NCBI GenBank assembly: GCA_002773395.1 | Contig: PFBI01000006.1 | Coordinates: 335,860 to 399,859, forward strand | From: Candidatus Kaiserbacteria bacterium CG10_big_fil_rev_8_21_14_0_10_47_16 | Lineage (GTDB): Bacteria > Patescibacteriota > Minisyncoccia > Phycocordibacterales > UBA918 | Direction of reading: 5' to 3' | Length of the DNA stretch: 64,000 nt | Shown here: positions 8,887-17,030 of the stretch, one piece after another | How positions within the stretch are numbered: the stretch's first letter is position 1 | How the letters are laid out: every line of letters starts with the position of its first letter | Notes under the pieces: model-generated | The model's input: the letters and a program-made list of their open reading frames with translations, nothing else | Databases searched by the model: none | What the model was told of the DNA's origin: nothing | Position numbers and translations under genes: made by a program

Positions 8887-10158
8887 ATGGACACATTTAT
8901 TCAGAAGATGAAAATCATATTCACCGATTCTGCGATTCGTAATCGTATCTTGTTTGTACTTGGAGCACTCATCGTGTTCCGTGCACTTGCAACCATCCCG
9001 ATTCCAGGCGTTGATGTTGTCGTTCTTGAGCAATTCTTTTCAAACAACGAATTCCTCGGGCTTCTCAACATCTTCTCTGGAGGTGGTCTCTCAAACCTCT
9101 CAATCGTACTCCTCGGTGTAGGACCATTCATTACTGCATCAATCATCATGCAGCTTCTTACGGTGATGTCACCGAAGTTGAAGACGCTCTACACAGAAGA
9201 AGGGGAGAGCGGGCGACAGAAGTTTACACAGATCACACGCACACTCACACTTCCACTTGCGATTCTTCAGGCGTTCGGCTTCCTCTCACTTCTTAAGAGT
9301 CAGGGAGTCCTCCTTGATATTGGAACATTCGGTTTCTTCGCAAACATCGTTGTGGTCGTTGCCGGTTCAATGCTCTTACTCTGGCTCGGTGAACTCATTA
9401 CTGAGTACGGTATCGGAAACGGTGTCTCAATCATTATCTTCGCTGGTATTATTGGTGGTCTTCCTGCAACGTTTGGACAGCTGTTCTTTACCTTCAACGC
9501 GGCACAGATCCCACTCTACATTGGCTTTGGTGCGGCAGCGCTTCTGATCATCTACTTGGTAGTAGTTATGACACAAGCAGAACGACAAGTGCCGATCACG
9601 TACGCAAAGACCGTTCGTGGAGGGAGTGCATACGGAGGCACTACAACCTACCTTCCGCTCCGACTCAATCAAGCGGGAGTTATCCCAATCATCTTTGCGC
9701 TTTCTATCTTGCTGTTTCCGCAAATGATTCTCAACGTGCTCTCTGCGTTCGATATTCCCGGTGTCGGTGTCCTTCTCGCGAAGGTGAGTGCGTTCTACGC
9801 ACATCAGATTTGGTACGCAGTTGCATACTTTGCATTCGTATTCCTCTTCACATTCTTCTACACTGCGGTAACGTTCGACCCTGACGCGGTCTCTAAGAAC
9901 TTGCAGCGACAAGGATCGTTTATCCCCGGTATTCGTCCCGGAAGTCACACCTCTGCATACCTTGGAAGTGTCATCACACGCATCACGTTTGTCGGTGCGC
10001 TCTTCCTCGGAGTGGTTGCGATTCTTCCAGTCGGAATGCAGGCACTAACTGGTGTCACTGCACTCGCAATCGGTGGTACTGCACTCCTCATTGCGGTGTC
10101 GGTAGTCATCGACATCGTACGTCGCGTTGATTCACAAGTGTCCCTTCGCGAATACTAA
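8887..10158 (+). CDS. secY: Preprotein translocase SecY
   Basis: LGVGPFITASII, GIGNGVSIIIF and FIPGIRPG motifs. Confidence 0.97.
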   Translation: MDTFIQKMKIIFTDSAIRNRILFVLGALIVFRALATIPIPGVDVVVLEQFFSNNEFLGLLNIFSGGGLSNLSIVLLGVGPFITASIIMQLLTVMSPKLKTLYTEEGESGRQKFTQITRTLTLPLAILQAFGFLSLLKSQGVLLDIGTFGFFANIVVVVAGSMLLLWLGELITEYGIGNGVSIIIFAGIIGGLPATFGQLFFTFNAAQIPLYIGFGAAALLIIYLVVVMTQAERQVPITYAKTVRGGSAYGGTTTYLPLRLNQAGVIPIIFALSILLFPQMILNVLSAFDIPGVGVLLAKVSAFYAHQIWYAVAYFAFVFLFTFFYTAVTFDPDAVSKNLQRQGSFIPGIRPGSHTSAYLGSVITRITFVGALFLGVVAILPVGMQALTGVTALAIGGTALLIAVSVVIDIVRRVDSQVSLREY

Positions 10159-10170
10159 TCACTTTGCACT

Positions 10171-10211
10171 AAATCAAAAGGCCGACAGTTTCACTGTCGG
10201 CCTTTTGATTT
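10171..10211. terminator. Bidirectional intrinsic terminator after secY
   Basis: AAATCAAAAGGCCGACAGT-TTC-ACTGTCGGCCTTTTGATTT. Confidence 0.85.
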
Positions 10212-10221
10212 GAATCTTCCA

Positions 10222-10408
10222 TGTGCGTCAGGTTTCTAATTCACCACAAGGGTACTTCTTGTTTTCTAATTCGTTACCTCATAAGAAAACAAAGTCGCGC
10301 TGCGCTCATAAGAACCTCCTGCCCAGGCTCGCGGTTTCGGCATTAGGGATAGCCGAAACATCGCTCCGCCTCTGAAACACGACATAATCTTCCGCAGGGA
10401 AGATTATG
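10222..10408 (-). repeat. Family A terminator-trailing element, copy 1 (after cmk)
   Basis: Core GTTTCGGC-ATTAGGGATA-GCCGAAAC at 10334-10359; distal end GCGTCAGG..TAATTC.CCACAAGGG shared with the copy at 16640. Confidence 0.8.
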
Positions 10409-10984
10409 CTATTCGTCTTTCAGCCACTTCTTGTATCCCGCAACAACCGCATCAGTAATCGCTTCTGGGTCACTCTCTTCAGTATTCACTACAAGGTCAT
10501 ATTGCGATCCATCATACGGATTAAGTCCGTAGTGTTCTTTGTATCTGCTGCGGTGGTTCTCAATACGGGCAAGTGTTCGTTCTTTTGTCGCCTCGAGTGT
10601 TTCCATAATGTCACCACTCTCAACACGAAGCTTCGCCCCCGTGTCATTGAAAATACGTCGCGTCGCTTCATCAAGAGAAATGTCGAAGTAGACTTTAAAT
10701 GAGCTTGGGACAAAATGAAACGCGAGATGCGAGTCAACGATGATATTGTTTTCCTCAGCCTCAATGCGTTCGAGTTCAGCATCGATGCGCATTTCAAGCG
10801 CTTTGTCTTTTGCAACAATTTCATTCATCTCTTGCAGCGTGATACCGCGCTCCTTCGCAAGATGGCGTGTAAAATTTCCTGTTGAAAATGTTTTGTACCC
10901 CAACTGTGTTGCGAGCATTTCTCGAATCGTTGATTTGCCACTTCCGGGCATCCCTCCGAGGGTAATGATTGTTCGTTTCGGCAT
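10409..10984 (-). CDS. cmk: Cytidylate kinase-like NMP kinase
   Basis: GMPGSGKST P-loop; RYKEHYG...YDLVVNT as in archaeal-type Cmk. Confidence 0.8.
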   Translation of the reverse strand: MPKRTIITLGGMPGSGKSTIREMLATQLGYKTFSTGNFTRHLAKERGITLQEMNEIVAKDKALEMRIDAELERIEAEENNIIVDSHLAFHFVPSSFKVYFDISLDEATRRIFNDTGAKLRVESGDIMETLEATKERTLARIENHRSRYKEHYGLNPYDGSQYDLVVNTEESDPEAITDAVVAGYKKWLKDE

Positions 10985-11064
10985 AATGAAGATACGATAC
11001 CATATTTTCCAGCGTCTGCCGAAAAGGTTTATTTTAATGAAGATTCTGGTAGACTGGGGTGGTC

Positions 11065-11670
11065 ATGCAAGCACGCACTATCATATTTATCGGGCCGCAA
11101 GGGAGCGGGAAGGGCACCCAGATTGCCCAGCTCAAAGCGATCATTGAAAAGCTTGATCCGCGGCGACGTGTCGTGGATATCCAGACCGGACGACGGTTCC
11201 GCGCTCTCGCAGCAAAGCAGGAGACCTTCGCGGAGAACAAGATTGCGGATACGCTCAATAACGGTCGTTTGCAGCCGGATTTCCTCACCGCTATTCTGTG
11301 GGGGCAGGCAATGGTTGACCAGCTCGACCCAAAGAGCCATCTTCTCATTGATGGATTCCCACGTAACCTCGACCAGGCACACGAGCTTGAGAGCGCACTC
11401 ACATTTTTTGAACGAGAGACACTCGACATTATCAACCTCGATACTCCAGAAGAAGTCGTCCGCACGCGCATGGAAGAACGTGCCCGAGAAGACGACACTC
11501 CGGAGTCTATCGAAGAACGCCTGCGATGGTTTCGCGAAGAAACCCTCCCTGTTGTGGAATATTACCGAGCACGAGAAAACACAACAGTACACGACATCGA
11601 CGGCACCTCGACCATCGATGAAGTGCACCACGCAGTCGTCAAAACACTTTCCCTAGAACAACACTCATAA
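11065..11670 (+). CDS. adk: Adenylate kinase (short LID)
   Basis: GPQGSGKGTQ, IDGFPR, REDD. Confidence 0.92.
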   Translation: MQARTIIFIGPQGSGKGTQIAQLKAIIEKLDPRRRVVDIQTGRRFRALAAKQETFAENKIADTLNNGRLQPDFLTAILWGQAMVDQLDPKSHLLIDGFPRNLDQAHELESALTFFERETLDIINLDTPEEVVRTRMEERAREDDTPESIEERLRWFREETLPVVEYYRARENTTVHDIDGTSTIDEVHHAVVKTLSLEQHS

Positions 11671-12443
11671 TGGCAACAAAGAAAACACCTGCAGAAATCA
11701 AACTCCTTACCAAAGGTGGTTCTATTCTTGCACGCATACTTCGTGAACTCGCTGCAACACTAAAGCCCGGAATGAGTACTGAAGATATTAACGACCTCGC
11801 ACTTGAGCTCGCTGAGAAATACGGGGTGGAACCCGTTCTCCTTGGATACCATCCAACATTTGCTGATCATCCATATCCCGGAGCGCTCTGCGTTTCAGTC
11901 AATGATACGGTGCAACACGGTGTTCCACGAGCTGATGAAATTCTTGCCGAAGGAGATATTGTAAACCTCGACATGTCGATTGGTTACGAAGGAATGATTG
12001 TTGACTCAGGTATTACCGTCGGCGTTGGAGCCATTGATGCTGAGTCGCAGAAGCTCATCGATGTCACACGCGAAGCACTCGTACTCGGTATCAAACAAGC
12101 ACAACCGGGAAATCGTATTGGTGACATCTCACACGCGATTCAAACGTATGTGGAAGCACACGGATTTTCAATCGTTGAAGAACTCTGCGGACACGGTGTT
12201 GGGTATGCAGTACACGAAGATCCACAAATTCCAAACTATGGAAAAGCAGGGAAGGGACCGAAGATTGAAGTGGGACACGTGTACGCAATTGAACCAATTG
12301 TAAATATTGGAAAGAAGGATGTTATCTTCGACGATGATGGTGACGGATACAGTGTATTCACCACTGATGGATCTCGCGCGGCACACTTTGAACATACAGT
12401 CGCTATTACGGAGAAGGGGCCTGTGATCATGACCAAGGAGTAA
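11670..12443 (+). CDS. map: Methionine aminopeptidase type I
   Basis: GHGVG..VHEDP, AIEP, AHFEHT. Confidence 0.96.
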   Translation: MATKKTPAEIKLLTKGGSILARILRELAATLKPGMSTEDINDLALELAEKYGVEPVLLGYHPTFADHPYPGALCVSVNDTVQHGVPRADEILAEGDIVNLDMSIGYEGMIVDSGITVGVGAIDAESQKLIDVTREALVLGIKQAQPGNRIGDISHAIQTYVEAHGFSIVEELCGHGVGYAVHEDPQIPNYGKAGKGPKIEVGHVYAIEPIVNIGKKDVIFDDDGDGYSVFTTDGSRAAHFEHTVAITEKGPVIMTKE

Positions 12444-12444
12444 C

Positions 12445-12563
12445 CATCTCTAAAAATTGGTATCTCCATTGTCGTGCTACAAAAAATAAATCTCACCGTA
12501 CCATTACGTACGCCTCGTTTTATTTTTCTCGCACTTCGCGGATATCCTCAATTTTGAGCGATG
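12445..12563. repeat. Family B palindromic element (after map)
   Basis: Long imperfect inverted repeat containing TTGTCGTG...CCGTAC-CATTAC-GTACGCCTCG...CTTCGC. Confidence 0.65.
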
Positions 12564-12655
12564 CTTAGATGAGACCGTTTTTCCTTGTTATTTCAAGCCG
12601 TTCTGCTATACTGCGCGCATAATTTTGGAGGTAATTTATACATTTTTTAGTTATT

Positions 12656-13261
12656 ATGAATCGAAAACCACATCAGGAACGAACGTTCGTCATCCTCAAG
12701 CCCGACACCGTACAACGCGGTCTCGTAGGAGAAGTTATTAAACGTTTTGAACGCACCGGACTCAAGTTCACTGCCATGAAAATGTTTGTGCCCACAGAAG
12801 CACAGCTCCAAATTCACTACAACAAGGACGAGGAGTGGTTCTTGAAAAAGGGTAATCGTATTATTGAAGATCTAACAGCGCACAATCTTCCCGTTGATAA
12901 AGAACCTATCGAGTACGGTCGCGATATCATCCGAACCATTGTTTCATACATGACTGCAGCTCCTGTTATTGGGGTAGTTCTCGAAGGAAATCAAGCAGTT
13001 GGTGTTGTAACAAAGCTTGTAGGAACAACAGAACCGTCGTCATCAGATGTTGGAACGATCCGCGGTGACTACACTGTCGATTCATATGGTCATTCATCAT
13101 TTGAAAACCGTGCAGTGCGAAACCTCATCCATTGTTCAGAGTCTCCAGAGGAAGCAGAGCGCGAAATTGCACTTTGGTTCACTGAGAACGAAGTTATGGA
13201 CTACGTGACAGCGCAAGAACGCATCATGTACGACGTAAACTTTGACGGGAAGCCTGAGTAA
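12656..13261 (+). CDS. ndk: Nucleoside diphosphate kinase
   Basis: ERTFVILKPD, GTIRGD, NLIHCS. Confidence 0.95.
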   Translation: MNRKPHQERTFVILKPDTVQRGLVGEVIKRFERTGLKFTAMKMFVPTEAQLQIHYNKDEEWFLKKGNRIIEDLTAHNLPVDKEPIEYGRDIIRTIVSYMTAAPVIGVVLEGNQAVGVVTKLVGTTEPSSSDVGTIRGDYTVDSYGHSSFENRAVRNLIHCSESPEEAEREIALWFTENEVMDYVTAQERIMYDVNFDGKPE

Positions 13262-13328
13262 TCAAACGAGCGTGTAAGCCAAAAATTGCAGTGTCTTCCG
13301 ACACTGCAATTTTTTGATATACTGTATC

Positions 13329-13476
13329 TGGAACCGCATATCGTATGTTCCGGTTACATTTGCAACGGGCTGCCTGCAATCGCAAGGAGTAATGAGAATC
13401 AAAGCGATTTTCAGACACGAATTGGAAAGGGTGCCCACCTAGAGCTTACACCTAGGAGCATGCGTTTGTGGTTCCA
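13329..13476 (+). ncRNA. ssrS: Probable 6S RNA
   Basis: Closing stem TGGAACCGCA/TGTGGTTCCA and CGTATGTTCC/GGAGCATGCG, central bubble, GGGTGCCCACCT resembling Firmicutes 6S; upstream TATACT and downstream terminator at 13485-13516. Confidence 0.65.
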
Positions 13477-13549
13477 CAATAGGTCGTAGGGTGACGCGTT
13501 GCCCTGCGTTTTTTTGTACCTGAAGAGCGTGGTACACTATTTTCATCAT

Positions 13550-13930
13550 ATGCGCCCACTTACTTTTTTACTTCTCACCAGTGCTTCGATACTGGCTGTA
13601 TCACACTTTTTTGCGCTGCACTTCTATCTGTACTGGATTTATCTTTGGCTTGATATACCAATGCACATACTTGGGGGAGTCACCGTTGCGCTCGTATTTT
13701 TTGTCATTGATGACTATGCTATTCCATACGTTCCACGCGTCCGTCGATTTCTTCCATTTATTCTTGCCGTCTTTGCAGTGGGACTGCTCTGGGAATACTT
13801 TGAGGTATGGGCCGGTGTCGCTACACAGCCTAACTACTGGCAGGACACGATTGGAGACCTCGTCATGGACCTCGTTGGAGGAAGCATCGGATACATCGTC
13901 GCCACCCGCATACGAACATTAGAGGTATAA
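13550..13930 (+). CDS. Small membrane protein (DUF2238/VanZ-like)
   Basis: WLDIPMHILGG, WEYFE and DTIGDL motifs. Confidence 0.7.
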   Translation: MRPLTFLLLTSASILAVSHFFALHFYLYWIYLWLDIPMHILGGVTVALVFFVIDDYAIPYVPRVRRFLPFILAVFAVGLLWEYFEVWAGVATQPNYWQDTIGDLVMDLVGGSIGYIVATRIRTLEV

Positions 13931-13937
13931 AATTTAT

Positions 13938-15296
13938 ATGGCATCACTTGGTTTTTATGGGGGAGTCGGACAGGTAACGGGGGCAAACTTTCTTCTTAAT
14001 ACTGACGGGGCACAATTTCTTATCGACTGCGGTCTCATACAGGGAAGTCGATTTGCTGCGGCCGAAAATTGCGAGGCATTTGCATACAGTCCAAAAGATA
14101 TTGACGCTCTTTTTATAACGCACGCACACGCCGACCACATTGGTCGCATTCCAAAACTCGTTGCTGATGGATTCACCGGAAAGATTTATACGACTGACGC
14201 AACAAAAGATCTTGCGGCCGTCATGCTTCGTGACGCGTACACGGTGATGACATACGAGGCTGATAGATACGGGTCACCGCGGTGCTACGAGATGAAAGAT
14301 GTCACCGCAGCAATCGCACTCTTTAGTGGCGTTTCGTATAACGAACCGATCGCACTAAAAGATGATGTGACGGCGGTCTTCACGAACGCTGGTCACATCC
14401 TCGGTTCTGCGTTTGTAACGTTCACCCGCAAAGGGCGATCATGCGTATTCTCTGGTGACATTGGGAACGTCCCACAACCTCTCCTCGATGCACCAACGAT
14501 TCCGACCGGATACAATTACCTCGTTATGGAGAGTGTGTATGGAGATCGACTCCACGAACAAGTAGCAGAACGAAACGATCTCTTAAAACACTACATTGTC
14601 GAGACACAGAAGAAAGGCGGCACACTCATCATTCCCGCATTCTCTCTCGAACGTACGCAAGGAATGCTTTTTGAAATTAATAACTTTGTTGAAAAAGGTG
14701 AAATCAAACCGCTTCCGGTATTCCTCGATTCACCACTTGCGATTAATGTCACCGGACTCTACCGAACGCACACCGACTACATGAAAAAGGCGGTGCAGGA
14801 ACAGATCAAAGGCGGAGATGATATCTTTGCATTCGATGGACTCTCATTCACGCACACCGTAAAGGACTCCGAGGAAATCAAACGTGAGAAGGGAGCAAAA
14901 ATTATTATCGCCGGAAGTGGCATGAGTCATGGCGGACGCATTCTTGGACACGAGCGACACTTCCTCGAAGACAAGAAAACAACACTCCTTCTTGTGGGGT
15001 ACCAATCAGTCGGGACACTCGGGCGACTCCTGAATGACGGTGCAAAGCGTGTAAAGATTGATGGGGAAGACGTACGGGTACGGGCGCAGATTGCACGCAT
15101 CTCTGGCTACTCAGGTCATGCTGACCGTGACCAACTGATCGACTTTGTAGCGCAAGGTGGAGAAAACGTCGAGAAAGTATTTGTCACTATGGGAGAAGAA
15201 CGTGCATCACTCTTTCTTGTCCAACGCCTTCGTGAGTACTTAGATGCCCCCGCAGTGATACCGAGTCTGGGGGATGTAGTACCAATTAACTTCTAA
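13938..15296 (+). CDS. MBL-fold beta-CASP ribonuclease
   Basis: THAHADHIG, AGHILGS, MESVYG, YSGHAD. Confidence 0.93.
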   Translation: MASLGFYGGVGQVTGANFLLNTDGAQFLIDCGLIQGSRFAAAENCEAFAYSPKDIDALFITHAHADHIGRIPKLVADGFTGKIYTTDATKDLAAVMLRDAYTVMTYEADRYGSPRCYEMKDVTAAIALFSGVSYNEPIALKDDVTAVFTNAGHILGSAFVTFTRKGRSCVFSGDIGNVPQPLLDAPTIPTGYNYLVMESVYGDRLHEQVAERNDLLKHYIVETQKKGGTLIIPAFSLERTQGMLFEINNFVEKGEIKPLPVFLDSPLAINVTGLYRTHTDYMKKAVQEQIKGGDDIFAFDGLSFTHTVKDSEEIKREKGAKIIIAGSGMSHGGRILGHERHFLEDKKTTLLLVGYQSVGTLGRLLNDGAKRVKIDGEDVRVRAQIARISGYSGHADRDQLIDFVAQGGENVEKVFVTMGEERASLFLVQRLREYLDAPAVIPSLGDVVPINF

Positions 15297-15299
15297 TAC

Positions 15300-15330
15300 A
15301 AAAAGCCCGTGACGGAGTCACGGGCTTTTT
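15300..15330. terminator. Bidirectional terminator
   Basis: AAAAAGCCCGTGAC-GGA-GTCACGGGCTTTTT between convergent genes. Confidence 0.85.
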
Positions 15331-15343
15331 GTATGAGTGTTCT

Positions 15344-15688
15344 TTACTTAACCTTTGCAAGGATGCGTTCGAACGCTTCTGGGCGTTGATCCGCAATTGC
15401 TGCAAGCATCTTTCGATTGAGTGCAACTTCTTGTGCGGCAAGTGTCTTGATGAAAAGACTGTACTTGAGTCCGTGCGCGCGGAGTGCTGCACTGAGGCGA
15501 ACAATCCAAAGCTGACGGAATACGTTCTTTTTATCTTTACGGTGAGCAAACGCATGCGACTGTGCATGGTAGATTGCTTCGCGTGCAGCTCGCTTCTTGG
15601 TAGAGCGTGCGTGACGATATCCTTTTGTTTCTTCGAGGATGTTTTTGCGGCGGCGATTGGCGACCACTCCTCCTTTTACTCGTGACAT
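15344..15688 (-). CDS. rplT: 50S ribosomal protein L20
   Basis: MSRVKGG...FRQLWIVR...LNRKMLA. Confidence 0.97.
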   Translation of the reverse strand: MSRVKGGVVANRRRKNILEETKGYRHARSTKKRAAREAIYHAQSHAFAHRKDKKNVFRQLWIVRLSAALRAHGLKYSLFIKTLAAQEVALNRKMLAAIADQRPEAFERILAKVK

Positions 15689-15732
15689 AGTGCGTTATTA
15701 TTCAATCAAATGTGTAACTTCAAATAGTGCTT

Positions 15733-15924
15733 TTACGCGCCACTCTTTGGAAGAAAACGACGAGTAATCCTCTTTGAGAGTGAAATGTTTTGTGTACGCT
15801 TTCGTGCAAGGTGCTTCGAACCTGATTCTTTTGCATTAAAGTGGTTTTGCCCAGCCTTACGTGCAATAATCTTGCCGTTCTTTGTTACCTTGAGACGTTT
15901 GGTATATGACTTGTTTGTTTTCAT
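15733..15924 (-). CDS. rpmI: 50S ribosomal protein L35
   Basis: KTNKSYTKRLKVTKNGK; lies between infC and rplT. Confidence 0.93.
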   Translation of the reverse strand: MKTNKSYTKRLKVTKNGKIIARKAGQNHFNAKESGSKHLARKRTQNISLSKRITRRFLPKSGA

Positions 15925-15927
15925 AAA

Positions 15928-16488
15928 CTATTCCTTAGAATTTTCTGTTGGTTGTGTTGGTTCTGCTTTTTGTTTACCAACTCTCTCGAGTGTGGTGGTG
16001 AATCCTTTCGGACTTCGTTTGATCTCGTCAGCAATCTTGTACTCAGCGGGGACTAATTTCAAGAATCGCTCGAGTCGTTCTTTAAGGAAGCCTTCTTCCA
16101 TGTACTTGTAGCGTCCCCAGAGGAAGAGGTCGATTTTAACTCGATGTCCTTCTTCGAGCCACGCGGCCACTCGCTTTGCTTTGAGTGTTAAGTCATGGTC
16201 ACCAGTACCGATTTTTACCTGTATCCCCTTGGTTTCGGTAACGTGTGACTTGGCCTTTACTTCCTTCGCTCTTTTCTTCTGTTCGTACTGGTACTTACCG
16301 TAGTCCATTATCTTCGCAACGGGAGGCTTGGCGTTGGGAGAAATTTCGATAAGATCGAGATTTGCTTCTTCAGCCATTGCGAGTGCGTCGGATGTAGAGA
16401 TAACCCCAACATTCTCGCCGGCCGCGCCAATGACGCGCAGCTCCGATGCTCTGATTGCTTTGTTAATACGGATTCGTGTGTCTTTCAA
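15928..16488 (-). CDS. infC: Translation initiation factor IF-3 (non-ATG start)
   Basis: RINKAIRA...PPVAKIMDYGKYQYE; TTG or the adjacent ATC as start. Confidence 0.95.
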   Translation of the reverse strand: MKDTRIRINKAIRASELRVIGAAGENVGVISTSDALAMAEEANLDLIEISPNAKPPVAKIMDYGKYQYEQKKRAKEVKAKSHVTETKGIQVKIGTGDHDLTLKAKRVAAWLEEGHRVKIDLFLWGRYKYMEEGFLKERLERFLKLVPAEYKIADEIKRSPKGFTTTLERVGKQKAEPTQPTENSKE

Positions 16489-16599
16489 GATGAAAAGCCT
16501 TATTTAAAGAGAGCCCGAGCGAACTCAAGCTCTCTGGAATACAGCGCAAATATACTATATATGTGGCGGAAAGGCAAGGGTGGGGGGGCTTCGTGCAGG

Positions 16600-16631
16600 C
16601 TCTAGAATTAACTCTAGAGTTAATTCTAGAG
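16600..16631. repeat. Perfect 32 bp palindrome
   Basis: CTCTAGAATTAACTCTAGAGTTAATTCTAGAG equals its own reverse complement. Confidence 0.9.
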
Positions 16632-16639
16632 AGTATTTT

Positions 16640-16892
16640 TGTGGCGTCAGGTCACTAATTCGCCACAAGGGACTCGGCGCAACTCACTAACTATTTTGTG
16701 GTCACAAGTTACTAAGCAAAATACGAAGCTACGCTTGTATTTTACTAAGTACTCGCGACCCCGGCTCGCCGTCTCGGCATTAGAAATAGCCGAGACATGG
16801 CTGCGCCTTGCACAGCAGCCGGAAGCAAAGCCTTTTGCTTCCTATACGAAAAGCCCTCGGTTTTAAAACCGAGGGCTTTTCGTATGCTGCTG
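16640..16892 (-). repeat. Family A element, copy 2 (after tRNA-Arg TCG), including the tRNA terminator
   Basis: Core GTCTCGGC-ATTAGAAATA-GCCGAGAC at 16771-16796; TGCACAGCAGC at 16809 is complementary to the tRNA 3' end and trailer. Confidence 0.8.
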
Positions 16893-16964
16893 TGCACCCG
16901 CCAGGACTCGAACCCAGAATAACTGATCCGAAGTCAGTTGTGATATCCATTTCACTACGGGTGC
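16893..16964 (-). tRNA. tRNA-Arg(TCG)
   Basis: GCACCCG/CGGGTGC acceptor; ACTGA-CTTCGGA-TCAGT anticodon arm. Confidence 0.95.
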
Positions 16965-17030
16965 GTGTGTCGACTATAATACGCGCCGAATAGCGAAATT
17001 GCAACGAATATCTGCTAGAATGCAGGGACA

